Below are positions 1 to 18,046 of a stretch of DNA of 64,000 nucleotides, in pieces. The stretch is from the human T2T-CHM13v2.0 reference genome, Homo sapiens. The stretch is from NCBI RefSeq assembly GCF_009914755.1, contig NC_060926.1; one strand, written 5' to 3'. Numbering within the stretch: the stretch's first letter is position 1; each line of letters opens with the position of its first letter. Below the pieces are notes generated by a model. It saw only the letters and a program-made list of their open reading frames with translations, ran no database searches and had not been told where the DNA came from. A program made the translations under genes and the position numbers.

Positions 1-682
1 AAAGGATTTGAAAACTCTGAAAATAACATGCCCCCATAACTGAATTTAAAATGATTTTGCAAAGTGCCATTATCTTCCGTAAGTTCTTATTTATTTGAGC
101 TCTTTATAATGTGAATAAAGGGAGTTTTCAAATTATGAATATATGATACTCCAAAACTTTGTTCATTTGTTCATTCGTTCTTCCATCCATTTGGCAGACA
201 TTTATGATAAGCCAGGATGTGTTACTGAGGACCATTCATATAATAATACTGTTGAAACTTATGTCTGAAATTAACATCTTCCATATCCATTCAGAAGTCC
301 ACAACAGGCTAGGGACCATTCTGGGCTTATTACAGGGTCCCAGGTGTGGCTTCCTGCTTCTTCTCCAGGCCTTGTACAGAGAGTGTGTATGGAAGCATTC
401 CTTGGCTGCCTCTGTTGTGAAGACTTAAGGGCTCATAACACACACATTACCCCTCATTTCTCTTTGTAGATCTGACTGTTGGGTTCAGGATTTCATGGAA
501 AAAAAAGGACAATGCTCCCCACAAGAACACAGCAATGAATTATGTTTAGCTCACAAGAAGAGTGGTTTTTCTAGTCACCAGATATTTCATTGAATAAAAC
601 CAACGTTTAACGTTTAGAAGAAATATCTTTTAATAAGTTTTAATAAGTTTTGTGGGGGTTTTGTGTGTGTGTGTGTGTTTGG

Positions 683-1311
683 TTTTTTTTTTTTTTTTTT
701 TTTTTGAGAGAGTCTCACTTTGTCAACCAGACTGGAGTACAGTGGCATGATCTCGGCTCACTGTAGCCTCAACCACCTGGGCTCAAGGAATACTCCTCGC
801 GCCTCAGCCCCCCAATTAGCGGGATCAACAGGTGTGCATCATCATACCTGGCTAATGTTCCTTAGTTTTTATAGAGATGAGGTTACGCCCTGTTGCCCAG
901 GCTGGTCTCCAACGCCTCGGCTCAAACAGTCTACCTGCCTCAGCCTCCCAAAGTGCTAGGGTTACAGGCGTGAGCCACCTTGCACAACCAGTAAGTGTTT
1001 GTTTGTTTGTTTGTTTGTTTGTTTGTTTTGAGATGGAGTCTCGCTCCGTCATTCAGGCTAGAGTGTGGTGGCACGATCTCAGGCTCACTGCAACCTGCCT
1101 CCTGGGGTCTAGCAATTCTCCTGCCTCAGCCTCCCGAGTAGCTGGGATTACAGGCATCTGCCACCACACCCAGCTAATTTTTGTATTTTTAATAGAGACG
1201 GGGTTTCACCATGTTGGCCAGGCTGGTCTCAAACTCCTGGCCTCAGGTGATCTGCCTGCCTTGGCTTCCCAAACTGCTAGGATTACAGGCGTGAGCCACC
1301 GCGCCCTGCCC
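683..1311 (-). mobile_element. Two tandem antisense Alus (AluJ-like, then AluS-like with (GTTT)n tail), preceded by (GT)n
   Basis: Alu consensus motifs and poly-T tails; ccagtaagt duplicated at ~989 and ~1310. Confidence 0.9.
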
Positions 1312-1325
1312 AGTAAGTTTTTTAG

Positions 1326-1574
<249 letters not shown>

Positions 1575-2064
1575 TAACGACTGTGCAATAGGTCACGGTG
1601 TCTCCTGTGAGATCAGATTGAGTTAAAATTCCCATGGCAACCCAGGAGGCAGATGGTATTTTTCCACTACACTTTGGAGAGGTTGGATGACTTTCTAAGA
1701 CAGAGCTAGAAAGCTTATCTGTAATCCACTAAACTATCCAGCGCAAGGCTGCTGGGGATGGAGGAAGACATTTTCAAAGCATCATTGGATTTTCCTAATG
1801 GACATTATCGAGTGCCAGCCATGCAGGATTGTGTCTCAGGGCATGTGCAGGGCTTAGAGACAGACACATGAATCAGACCTGATAGAGCCTCAGCCCTCAA
1901 GTTACTTCCAGTCCCCTGTGGGAGCTGCACACATGAATGCACATCCCAGCAGAGTGTCAAGGGCAGTTCTGTGGAAGTCAGGGTTAGGGCCTCCTGACCT
2001 TGTCCATGATCCCAGCAGCCCACCCCATGGGATCAGCCTAGACCGTCATGACTTGGAACCAATG

Positions 2065-3090
<1,026 letters not shown>

Positions 3091-4166
3091 GTTTTTATTC
3101 TCTCATGATCACCTCAAGTTCTCTTTGACTTTCTTGAGAACTCTAGTCCCTGGAGTCTTCAACTTTTTTCTGTCGGTCCTCTTCTGAACACACTTTCTTC
3201 CCATCAAATGTGGTTTACATTTGACTGACTCACAAATAACCAGAAGCCTACAAAGTGAAATGGTCTAAGCATGTGTGTTTTTAGTGGGGGAAGGGATAGG
3301 TATTTGTATCTACCATTTGCCAGCTCCCTGCCAATGAAAATTCTTTGTTCTAACTATATGAATCGAAAAGAACTGTAAGTGCTGCAGAGTCATTACTTCC
3401 TCAGAGCATACAAACACTTCATTTCTTTTTGTTTATAGAGAGAACTTTGCTCCATGTTGATCGCTTTGGGGAAGTTTTTAGAAATTCAATAACTATAGTT
3501 AAGTAACAGATACAAGATATGGTGAAAAAAATACTTCCTCCTGGTAATGCAAATGTTTACTGCCTGTTTATCTTTTCCTCTAAGTGTTAATTTAAGCTTT
3601 TTTGTTCTGTAAATGTGCTTAACCTTTTTGCAGTTTTCCAGAGTCTCTGCAATAAATGAAGAAGGTAGCTAGTTACCAAGAGAGCGCAGTCTTCACTGTA
3701 TTCTAATAAGCCACCCTGATTGGGTCAGTGTAGTGTTTAAGAACAGGATGAACGGATAACTGGTTCTGCTGTTCTGTCCTGAGTGGTGGTTTCACCATAA
3801 CCTGCGCATCCGGAGATGTGCAGAGCTGGCTTCTCTGTGGCATGTCAGTTTTCTACTAATCCAGATGGCATCTCATAATGATACCACACTTAGTCTCAGC
3901 AATTCTTAAAGCTAACCTGATGACATTCACCATCACACATTTTGATGGGGTATTGGATTTTGTAAGATTCTACACCTGGACTTTGGGTGGAAAATCATTC
4001 CTTATAATTTGCATTAACCAGGTCATTAAACTACCCTTACTCTATAGAAATGTGAATCAAAGTGATGTTAAGCTAGGCTTTTGCTCCTCCTTGTTTTCTT
4101 TATTTTTATACAGCTCAGAGTGCCTAGAGCTGGATTATAGAGCGTTTAGGTAAAAATCTATTTGTC

Positions 4167-4475
<309 letters not shown>

Positions 4476-4655
4476 TCAAAGAAGTATTTCTATGGTCCTG
4501 TTTCCTGGGTTAAGTAAACCAAAAGCTACAAATAAATATTTATTAGATATTTGAAGCAATGCTCTGCTAATTTTAAATATTGAAAAGGAAACTTTCAAAG
4601 TAGGAGGCCTCCTTACCACCTTATCTTTATTTAAACCCTTAATAAATATCCCTGA

Positions 4656-5323
<668 letters not shown>

Positions 5324-6056
5324 TGAAGCTGGGTTTCTAGTGAGCCTGATATGGTTTGCTTTTAGTCTCATAGAAAACTAAAAACAGAAAAAGGAGTAGA
5401 AAGCATTTCCAACTAGGTATCAAGCTGTTGAATCCCTGAAGGCAAAATCCATTCTTGCCCTGGAAAAAATGTCTTGTATATATGTAGTGCCTGCATTAAG
5501 AGGAGACTAAGTTCATTTACCTTTTTCTTTATTGCATTATTCAGAGGTAGGAAATTAAGAATATGATCCCCTTTTCTGAAGACAAAGAAGTGTGTTCCCA
5601 AGATACTATAGGATTAAGCTGGCCGCAGTAGCAGTGACACTAAACCACACTTCCTGCCCTGAATCACACTCTTTTCCCTGCCCCAGCCCTGGAGGTGGAG
5701 GTTCTCCTGTGGGCACAAGTCATTTATATACTTGATCAGTCATTTATATACTTGATCGCTGAAGGTAGTGATTTGAGCTTTTCCAGGTACAGGTACTATC
5801 TCATTTAAATTGTTACCTGGGATGAAAGAAGCTTCTTTAGAAGAGGTGCCACCTCCAGGCTGTGGCTTTCCCCAGCCTGAGCATCCAGTGTTAGGAGAGA
5901 AAGGCTCCCTGGGTAAACAGCTGGCTCAGGAGGACTTGTTGGAGCATCTTCCCCTCTATATACTTTGTAGACTGAACCATGTAACTGTGTGTTGTTGACT
6001 GAGTAAATGACTGTTATTTCAGTCATTTAAAAAAATAGCATGCAAAAAGTCCTAGC

Positions 6057-6357
6057 CTTTTTTTTTTTTTTTTGAGATGAAGTCACGCTCCATTGCCCAG
6101 GCTAGAGGCAGTGGCATGATCTTGGCTCAGTGGTGCAACCTCTGCCTCCCGGGTTCAAGCGATTCTCCTGCCTCAGCCTCCCGAGTAGCTGGGATTACAG
6201 GTGCCCACCACCACACCTGGCGAATTTTTGTATTTTTAGTAGGGAGGGGGTTTTACCATGTTGGCAAGGCTGATCTTGAACTCCTAACTTCAAGTGATCC
6301 ACCCACTTCGCCCTCCCAAAGTGCTGGGATTACAGGCGTAAAGCACCGCACCCAGCC
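6057..6357 (-). mobile_element. AluS
   Basis: Full dimer; TSD aaaagtccta. Confidence 0.9.
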
Positions 6358-6559
6358 AAAAGTCCTAACTTCTAATATGTTTATCAGATTAGAATTAGCT
6401 TTTCTTCATCATCATCACCATATTTGCAGTGATTTTTATGATGATGTTTATAACTACTAAAATGCCTATATGGTCTTCCTGATGGTGGTGTCCGTGCGTG
6501 GGAGGGAGAACGTTGCTCTATAATGTATTGTGCTTTCACTGTAATGACTCGCTCTGTGC

Positions 6560-6830
6560 TCTGACCGGAGTAATAGCCACCACTTGGGATGGTTTACTGA
6601 GCACCGAGGTTCTATGCTACACTGAGTCCTTTACATACATTAGTCTACTTAATTTTGCATCACCTTTTGAGGTAGGTATGAATAGTAATCCCTGTAGTAA
6701 AGAAGAGGAAACTGAGGCCCAGATTGGTTACATGACTCACCCGAGGTCATACAGCTCACCCGAGGTCATACAGCTCATGAGCAGAGGAGCCAAGATTTGT
6801 CTCCAAGTCTACCTGACCTAAAATTGTGCT
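6560..6830. mobile_element. MIR
   Basis: MIR core gaggaaactgaggcccagattggttacatgactcacccgaggtcatacagct. Confidence 0.75.
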
Positions 6831-6876
6831 TCTGGGTTTAGACATGTCATGTTTAGCTTTGATTTGTTTCCCATAG

Positions 6877-6953
6877 GGAAGAACATGTGTGCCAAGGTGG
6901 CAGGCCTCGTGCTCAAAGTCCTTTCGGATCTTCTTGGCCATGAAAACCATGAG
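6877..6953 (+). CDS. ARMC9: ARMC9 coding exon (77 nt, phase 1-0)
   Basis: tttcccatag|GG AAG AAC ATG...CAT GAG|gtactc. Encodes (G)[25 protein letters not shown]. Confidence 0.95.
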
Positions 6954-7823
6954 GTACTCATTCAGCACTGCTGGCCCTGGGCTCGGGGAGGCTACACTGG
7001 GGACCCAATGCCTGTGACCCCACAGGCACACAGCTGGCCCAGGATGGTTGCTGTATTTGAAAACTGTACATGTTCTCTGTCCTTCTGGGATTTTCATAAG
7101 CAACTGGAAATCTTTTATAATTTTTAGAATTTTGGAAGTCAGAAGCAGGATGTTCTTTCCGTCCCTGTCTGCTTGGCCCACTGGCCTGTGCCGGGCCCCT
7201 CCGGCATTGCTGTTTCTCATCATCTAGCCCCCAACATTCCTCCCCCACATGCCATTCCCTTGGTATGTTTAATGTATCTCTGTGGATGTGGATGGAGCCT
7301 TAAAAGAGATATGATACTGTGTATGTGTGTATTGAATTTACAGAAATAGATTGCCCTTTAAGTCTCATTCTGTTTATGGCTTTTCCCTTGTGTTTTTAGG
7401 ACCTTTCTATGTTGCTTTACATATGTCTAGTTCATTAAGTGTCACTACTGCAAAATAGCCCCTTGTTTGTGCCCCTGACATTTTACTTATCCAGCCTGTA
7501 CACTTCGAGTGCCATCCACTCTCTGTTGCCACAGCAGTCCTCAGTGGGCATGGCTGCACCTGCCCCATGGGAGCCTGTGCCAGAGCTTCCAGGGATGTGT
7601 AGACACTCATCACTACTGGCTGCCAGCATACATCAGTTTCAGGTCACTGAGTCCTGCCAAATTGTCCTCCAGAATGGCTATACTAGCGTTTGCTCTCACC
7701 AGTGTTGCCCCAACACCTGGTGTTATTTTCTAAGTTTTTAACCTATGGGCCCCAAGCACTTTTTAAATAAAGTAGAGGTATGTATGGGTAAACAAATTAA
7801 CAAAAACAAATAATCAAATATGA

Positions 7824-8305
<482 letters not shown>

Positions 8306-8665
8306 GTCTGTTCCCATTTCAAGCAGACAGCTCCCATTCTGGTCATTCCATTCACATTTTACACCAGCCCTATCCACTGATTGGTGTGACTTCTTTAGCA
8401 AGTGGATGTTTGGTGTCTTTGTGACATTCATTTTATATTTTAAAGCTAGTGAGCTCTGAACTACTTCCAGGCCTGAATGAACTCTGTTCCTCACTTTATT
8501 CAACTCAGGCAGGTGAAACCAGTGGGAAACATATTCTTCCATCTCATAATAAAGGTTGGTTTCAAGTACTGGAACCAATATGTCTGCTCTGAAAACTTAA
8601 TAGACCAAAGGATTCATCATATCATTACCTGCTACCAATGCATTGGCTTTGAAAATGAGCTGGAT

Positions 8666-8975
8666 GGGCCGGGCACGGTGGCTTACGCCTGTAATCCCAG
8701 CAATTTTGGGAGACCGAGGCAGGAGGATCACTTGAAGTCAGGAGTTCGAGACCAGCCTGGCCAACATGGTGAAACCCCTTCTCTCCCACTGAAAATACAA
8801 AAATTAGCCAGGCATGGTGGCTTGTGCCTGTAATCCTAGCTACTCAGGAGGCTGAGGCATGAGAATCACTTGAACCTGGGAGGTGGAGGTTGTAGTGAGC
8901 TGAGATTGTGCCGTTGCACTCCAGCATGGGTGACAGAGCGAGACTCTGTCTCAAAAAAATAAATAAATAAAGTAA
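8666..8975 (+). mobile_element. AluS
   Basis: Full dimer; TSD gaaaatgagct. Confidence 0.92.
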
Positions 8976-9002
8976 GAAAAAGAAAATGAGCTTGAAAAAT
9001 GA

Positions 9003-9042
9003 CATATATATATACATATATACATACATACATACATATATA
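9003..9042. repeat. (TA)n/(TACA)n microsatellite
   Basis: catatatatatacatatatacatacatacatacatatata. Confidence 0.9.
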
Positions 9043-9069
9043 CTTTAGAGCCAAGTAATATGTTTGCTA

Positions 9070-10500
9070 CACTGTAGTAGTCATGATCTTGAAAGACAAA
9101 ACCAAAATAAAGAAAAAGATGCACATAACTGACTATATGAACATTACATTTTTTGATTGGAAAAAGATGCCATAATCAAAGTCAAAAGATGAATGAAACC
9201 CCGAGGAAAAGTTGCATCACATGTGACAAAAGTTTAATATTCCTAATAGATGAAGAGCTGGTATAAATTGGTAAGTAAAAGTCAAGCAATCCAATCGAAA
9301 AGAAGGATAAAGGATATGACTAGACAGTTCACAGAATCGTGCTGCCCCAGAAACATGAAAAGATGTTCAGTCGTGCTAGTTCAATCGGGAACTGAAAATA
9401 AAAACAACCGTAGGATGCCTTTTTTTACCCATCAGCTTGGCAAGCATTGAAAGTGCTAATGAAGTCCAGTGCCGAAGGAGGGCGGTGGGAAACGAGCCCT
9501 CCTCCATTGCTGTGGCAGGCACAGCGTACAGCCTGCTGAAAAGGGAACTTGCTTATCAGCACCTGCCATGCTCCATGTCCCATGTGTGCAAGTAAAACAT
9601 GGGTCCTGTCTTCAAAAAGCTCATAATAAAGGGAACATAGTGTGAATTTAAAAGGATACTGCCTCCAGTGCTGTAGTGGAGGGATGTACAAGAAGCGGAA
9701 GTGAGTGGCCTGTATGGGGGCAGTGGGGCGGGGGTGGGTTCAGGAGAGCCTTCCCAGGAGACATGTCTGGGCTTAGTTTTCAAGGTTCATTGTATGTGTG
9801 AAGACCATTCCTGGCAAGGTGAACTGCCAGAACCTGGCTGAGACATGGAACAGCCTGGTGGGGGGCATCCCTTAGGTAGTATGGACACTTTGTGGTGGCA
9901 GGGAGGAAGAAGCAGAGGTCATGAGATAGAGGCCACCCCTTGAAGATCCTGTGTGCCACACCAAGGAGTTCCACCTTTCCAACTGGGCTCTATGGAAGGT
10001 TTCGGAGATGGAGAGAGGGATGATTTGGCCCACGCTATAGAATGTTGGTAGTGATCGATGGTTACATTAAAGGGTGAATATTGAGGGTAGAGAGACTGGT
10101 TTGGAGATTTGATGTAGCCTGGTTCATGGACGATGATGTCTGAACAAGGACAGTAGCAGTGGATATGGAAAAAGAGGGGTTCCTATCGAAGAGGCTTGAA
10201 GACAGTATTGGAGACTGAACAACAACAACAACAAAATCAACGATGACTCCAGAGTTTCTAGCCTGAGTGATTAGGAAGTTAAAGGTAACTTTAATTAAGC
10301 AATGAAATGCGCAGGAGTAAGCTTTGGGAGGGAGTGACGAATTTGGTTTTAGACTCAGTGGTAGCTGTCACCTGGGCATGCAGATGGAGATGTCTGTCAC
10401 TTGGAAACATACATCCTGGAGCACAGGAGAGCTGCGAGGACGGGAACACCCACTCTCCCCATTTGCCAGATTGTTCTGAGGTGTGGTGTTTGATATAGAG
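9070..10500. mobile_element. Degenerate L1M fragment (~9070-9560) followed by L2 fragment (~9600-10500)
   Basis: L1-like aaaggatatgactagacagttcacag and catgaaaagatgttcag; L2-like gatgactccagagtttctagcctgagtg. Confidence 0.6.
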
Positions 10501-10529
10501 TTGTGCAGTATTTGAAAACTTGCAAATAA

Positions 10530-10643
<114 letters not shown>

Positions 10644-11892
10644 TGAGAAACATGTGAGCTTCCTTTAGTGCCACAGTTCAGAGCTTTTAGAGCAAGACCT
10701 CCTTGATTGGGCTCCATAGAAAGGCTCAGATCCGTTCCAAACTCCTTGAAATTGTATGTAAAATGTATATTTGCCATTTCCTGGGGAGAGAGTCTGTAGC
10801 TTTTATCAGATCCTCAAGGGGATCCCTAACTCCTAAATGGTTAAAAATTAAAGTGTTAGAAAGTTCCCAGCAGGCTGACTTTTGCAAAGTTATAGACATT
10901 CTGATGGCAACCAAATGGAAAAGATTATAAAACTGTCTAGGACTTGGTTTGGTTGGTAAATAGTAAACTCAGTGTTTAATGTGTACGTTAACGCTTGTAT
11001 GTGAAGTAAAAAGCAAACCTCAGGTGATTAGTATATTATTTTGAAAGGACAAGTGTTTCTAGATCTAATCAGGAAAACAACTAGAGTTTTGTCTTTTTTC
11101 TTTCTACCATGTGAAACCAGATTAACAGTGTATTAAATGCTGTGGTGAAAGGATTAAATATATTTCCACCTTCAAAACACAGGCAAAATTCTCATTGAGA
11201 CCAACAAAACATTCTTCTAATTGGTTTTGCTTACTTAAAGAATTGCTAAATCTTCTCATTGATCATTTAAAATTACATCAACAGTTACACCAGAGACCAA
11301 ACTTATTTAAGAACCATTCTATGTGATCACACTAAACAGTGGACCTTAATTGCCTACTGCTTTTAAATTTCACTACAGAACAGGGGAAAATAAACTTGCT
11401 TAAATTCTGCGTTATGGTCATTTAGGTGAAAGAAAGGGGTTGTCAACCAAGGCAAAGAAGAGGAAAAAACATGTAGGCTGAAGAGAAAGAATGGAGGTAA
11501 CATTCAGTCAAAGTGTGAGATGCAGCATGGAGGAAAGGCACCAGGGCAAAGGGATGGAGGGGGTGGGGAGTGAAGCTGAGGATGGGGCCATGTGAGGAAG
11601 AGTCACAGTTGCAGGTTGTGAGAGCAGGACTGCCCTTAGAGATCCCAGAGCAGGGAGAAAAAAGACGGAAGAGAGGGACAACTTCCGAAACCTATGTGAC
11701 AACATCAGGTCTGACAGATACCCAATAGGAGTTCCAGAAGGAGACGAATGTGAGCAAATGGGGCGGAAAAATGATTGAATAAATAATGAAGACATGGTGA
11801 AAAATACAAACGTAACAGTAAGGTGTCTAGGAAACCCCTAAATGTTTGGAAAATAAACAGCACACTGGTATTAGTTATCTATTACTGCATAA

Positions 11893-12516
<624 letters not shown>

Positions 12517-12533
12517 ATTGAATTTTTAAATTA

Positions 12534-12875
12534 CAGTCATGTCCCATGTAACAACATTTTGGTCAACAAAAGACTGCATATGTGATAATGGTCCAATAAG
12601 ATTATAATACCCCATTTTTACTGTACCTTACCTATGTTTAGAGATGCTTAGATACACAAATACCACCTTGTTACAGTTGCCTACAGTATTCAACACAGTC
12701 ACGTGCTGAACAGGTTTGTACACTAGGATCTTATTAGCTATGCCATATAGCCTAGGTGTGTAGTAGGCTACACCATCTAGGTTTGTCACTTACTCTATGA
12801 TATTTATACAATAATGACATCATCTCACAACACATTTCTCAGAACATATCCCTATCACTAAGCTACCAATGACTG
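12534..12875. mobile_element. Tigger3a-like non-autonomous DNA transposon
   Basis: ta|cagtcatg...atgactg termini; internal ggtccaataagattataatacc and gcctaggtgtgtagtaggctacaccatctagg; ~340 bp. Confidence 0.85.
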
Positions 12876-13411
12876 TTTCTGTGGGACAAACATTCAAGAG
12901 CAATAGCAGCGTAGTCCTAACTAAGAGTTGCTCAGTTTATAGTTGAGACTTCAGCCTCTGCTTCCAAGCTCACTCACCTGGCTGTCAGCAGGAGGCCTCA
13001 GTTTTCTTCTGGCTATTGACTGGGGACCTCATTTTCTTCCCCCTTGGGCCTCTCCATAAGGCTTCTCTTGACATGGCAGTTGGCTTCCCCTAGAATGAAT
13101 GATTTGAGAGAGAAAGTAAGCAAGACAGAAGCCCCAGTGTCTTTTAGAAAAACCTACTCTCAGAAATGAGATACCATCGCATTTATTGTCTTGGTTACAC
13201 AGACCCACCCTGGTACAGTGTGGAGGGGATGGAACCAAGGATGTGACTACCAGGAGGTGGAATCACTGGGGCCACCTTGGGGCTGGCTGCCACACACTCC
13301 TAAGTAACTGTGGGTCAAAGAAAAAAGCACAAGAGAAGTGAGGGGCTATTCTTTTGAAAAATATTACAAATATTTTCTCAATTTTGGTTTGTCTTTTTAA
13401 ATTATGGTAGT

Positions 13412-14224
<813 letters not shown>

Positions 14225-14539
14225 TTAGCCTGAGAACGCATCAGCTAGGCAGTTGCCTACTTAATTATTTGTGAGAGTGACCTCTAAGGGATGATCATGC
14301 CCACAATAAGGTTTTTCTAAAACCCTGAGATTTCCCTCCTTTCGTGTTTATCCTTGAGGAAGTTTTTAGATTGATAAAGCCATTATATTCTCTTTGCATG
14401 TAGGTCTCACATGGGTGCATTTGCTTGGCAGAGTTTAGGTTGTATGCCTGCACCCTAGCTGAAAGGGAGGCTAGAAATGCTGAATAATGAAGGAAATAAG
14501 ACAACAAGGAAAACGTTTCCCACAATTCCTCCACCTTGA

Positions 14540-14908
<369 letters not shown>

Positions 14909-15539
14909 GCCTGCTGGTATTTGTATGTGTGTCAGCACAGTCCTTCTGGAAAGCAGTTTGGCAGTTACATGAAAAATCACTAAAGGATCTATCTTTTGGA
15001 CTCATTCATTTTCTTCTGGTTGTTGATGCACAGAAGAAGAGCTCTATGCATGACAATGCTCATTTCAACATTTTTATGAGGGAAAAGCTGGAAGCAACAT
15101 AAATATCTAGTAATACAGGAATTGCTAATGAAATTATGATTCTTTTGCTCAAAATATTAATATCTATTGAAGATGATAATTAGGAAAAGCAGTACGAAGC
15201 AGTATGGAAAAATTTATTTTACTGTATAATGAGAGATAAAAGCACAGTATCTAAGAATGTATGTGCTCATGGAAAATGACACAATATACATAAAAATTAC
15301 ATTAGTACCAAATGCTATTATAGTAATCTTACAAGAATACCTAAAGGGAAAAAGGAGAACAAAATAAATGAATCCCCTGAGGCCCATTTGAACTTTAAGA
15401 GCCTGCCAAGGCCTGGGGCTGGAGAAGAGATCAGATAAGTGGAGCTGCCCTAATACCCACTCCCCAGGCCTCCTGCGACTAGGGCTGGAGTCATAGTCAG
15501 CCATGGGCCTCTGCCCTGGGGACCCCAACAAACATCCTG

Positions 15540-15900
15540 CCCAGGGCTGGAGCCGATCAGAGGCTCTGCAGGTTATAAAAGCTCCCAGAATCTGGGAAGG
15601 CCAGGGAGCTGGGCTTAGAAGCCACTCAGCCCAGAGGAATGTCCAAGCACACCATGGGGCTGCTCTGCTCCAGTGACCCTGGGGCCCACAGCACAGGCCC
15701 ATGATGCCAGAAACTGCCTCCGCTCTCTCCAGAGGGCTGGGTGCTGCTGCTCCCCACCCAACAGAATGATGTGTATTCCCCACGCACCTGATCCTCCACA
15801 TTGCCCACTTCTGAATCAAAGTCATTTGCTTGGCAGAATCTAGGTGGTGTGCCTGCACCCTAGCTGCAAGGGAGGCTTGGAATGTGAGTATTCTGTCTGT
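15540..15900. mobile_element. Old MLT1 (J/K/L-like) LTR fragment; a related fragment lies at ~14400-14490
   Basis: Signature tgcctgcaccctagctgcaagggaggcttggaatgtgagta. Confidence 0.6.
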
Positions 15901-16025
15901 TGCCTTGGGAAATTAACAGTGTAGAGAACCTGGTTATAAGGCATTCATCAGCCACAGGTGTCACAGTTGTCCATTACAGGTGGTCAGCCTAGTCACTGTA
16001 TTCCGTGATGCTCACTAGGTATGGG

Positions 16026-16240
16026 CTTTGCTTTGCTTTGCTTTGCTTTGCTCTCCTTCCTTTCGACGGGGTCTCACTATGTCACCAGGCTGGTCTCGAA
16101 CTCCTAGGCTCAAGCGATTCTCCTGCCTCAGCCTCCCAATCTCATGATTACATGTCATGTAATCTCATGTCATGCAATCATGTCATGTAATCATGTCATG
16201 TAATCATGAGATTACAGACATGAGTCACCACGCCTGGCCT
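16026..16240 (-). mobile_element. Monomeric/partial Alu with (CTTTG)n tail and internal CATG-rich expansion
   Basis: ggctggtctcgaactcctaggctcaagcg...ttacagacatgagtcaccacgcctggcc. Confidence 0.8.
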
Positions 16241-16429
16241 AAGTATGGGCCTTTCAAAATTAGTGTAGAAATTTTTCATATTCTTGGCCCCATAATTCTA
16301 CTTCTGAAGCTCCACACAAGACATGAGCAAAGATGTATGTATCAGAATGTTCATTCCAGCTTTATTGATCATAGCAGAAGACAGGAAACAATGACAAGAC
16401 CTAACATGAGGGAGTGACTAAGAACAGAG

Positions 16430-16680
16430 GCCGGAAGGTAGAGTAGTTGAGAGTGGGTACTCCTGAGCCTGAGGCTGGCTTCGAATCGTGTTCCACCACT
16501 TCCTAGTTGGCTAGTGACAACTGAAGCTCTCAGTGTGATCGTTTTTCCATCTGTAAGATGAGGATTATTGCAGTACCAAACTCATAGGATTGAAAGCATT
16601 GAAGGAGCTCATAATATATTTAGAAGATTGCCTAGCGTGCAGTAAGCATTGAGATGTTAGCTGCTATTATTATTATTATA
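16430..16680. mobile_element. MIR
   Basis: catctgtaagatgaggattattgcagtaccaaactcataggattg...gctgctattattatt. Confidence 0.7.
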
Positions 16681-17680
16681 GCTATGAAAATGTAGTTTAT
16701 AAGATTTTTATTGAACATGAAAATGATCATAAAGTTAAATAAGAAGCAACATATTATCAGTATATTCTGAGTTACGTAAAACAATGTACATAAAAGGAAG
16801 GAAATACTTCAGAATGTTCCCAATTATCTCTGGGTGGGGGGCCTGTGAGTAATTTTTATTCTTTCTTTTATGTTGTTTGCAAGTTTTCTATACAGAACTT
16901 GTGTCACTTTCATAACTAGAGGAAAATATTTATATCTACCTGAAATAGATATTTGAATTTCTCAGGGGAAAATTTCCCTTGAAGACCTTTAGTGATAGAG
17001 GATTAGACTGTGAAGCTGGAACGATAGAATGCGCTAGAGAGTTCAGTTGTTGAGTAAAAGTAGAAGTGAGTTCGAAGTTAGTTGTTCTGTGTAGTGTTCA
17101 GTGCGTGTTGTCAGGCTCTGGAAGAGATGCTTTCTCTCATTTAATCCCTCAAAGGTCCCCTGAAGGAGTGACTGCGGTTGTGCCCATTTTGCTGCTGACA
17201 ACATCAAGGCTGAAAGGTGAAATCCTCTGCCCAGGGCCACACGGCCGGCGAGGGGCTACGCACCGTGGTTTGACTCCAGAGCCCTCTGCACCTGTGCTGC
17301 AGTATCACTCCAGACTTGGGACTTTCACCTAGTCAGACATCTGCACATGACAAATTGTTTTCTTTAACACTATATATACAAACACAGGCTTCTCTATGAT
17401 TATCTTTATGGTAGTCTTTAATGATAGCTAGCTGGAAGGAGCAGGAGTTCCTTATTTACTTTTTGCACACTGCTTGTATTCCCATTTTTATGCATCTGGA
17501 TTATTCACTAGGACCTTTTATTATCCTTCTGTCTTCCTGGACATTGTTACCTGACCTAAATTATCTGAAATGACAAGTTATTACTTTCAGGATAAGATGT
17601 GGTTGTTCTATGACTTCTTTCTATAATTTAGATCAAATATTACCTAATATATGTGATTTTTTAAAAATACATGATATTTT

Positions 17681-17984
<304 letters not shown>

Positions 17985-18046
17985 TTAAAAGGGGCTTATC
18001 ACACTGCTTTTTGCTTGATAACTTTCTCCTTCCTGTGGCCCTTACA

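Noticed and set aside
15214-15858. 214-aa minus-strand ORF, the longest in the track
   Set aside because: Overlaps MLT1-like and AT-rich sequence, has no recognisable domain and looks like a chance frame.
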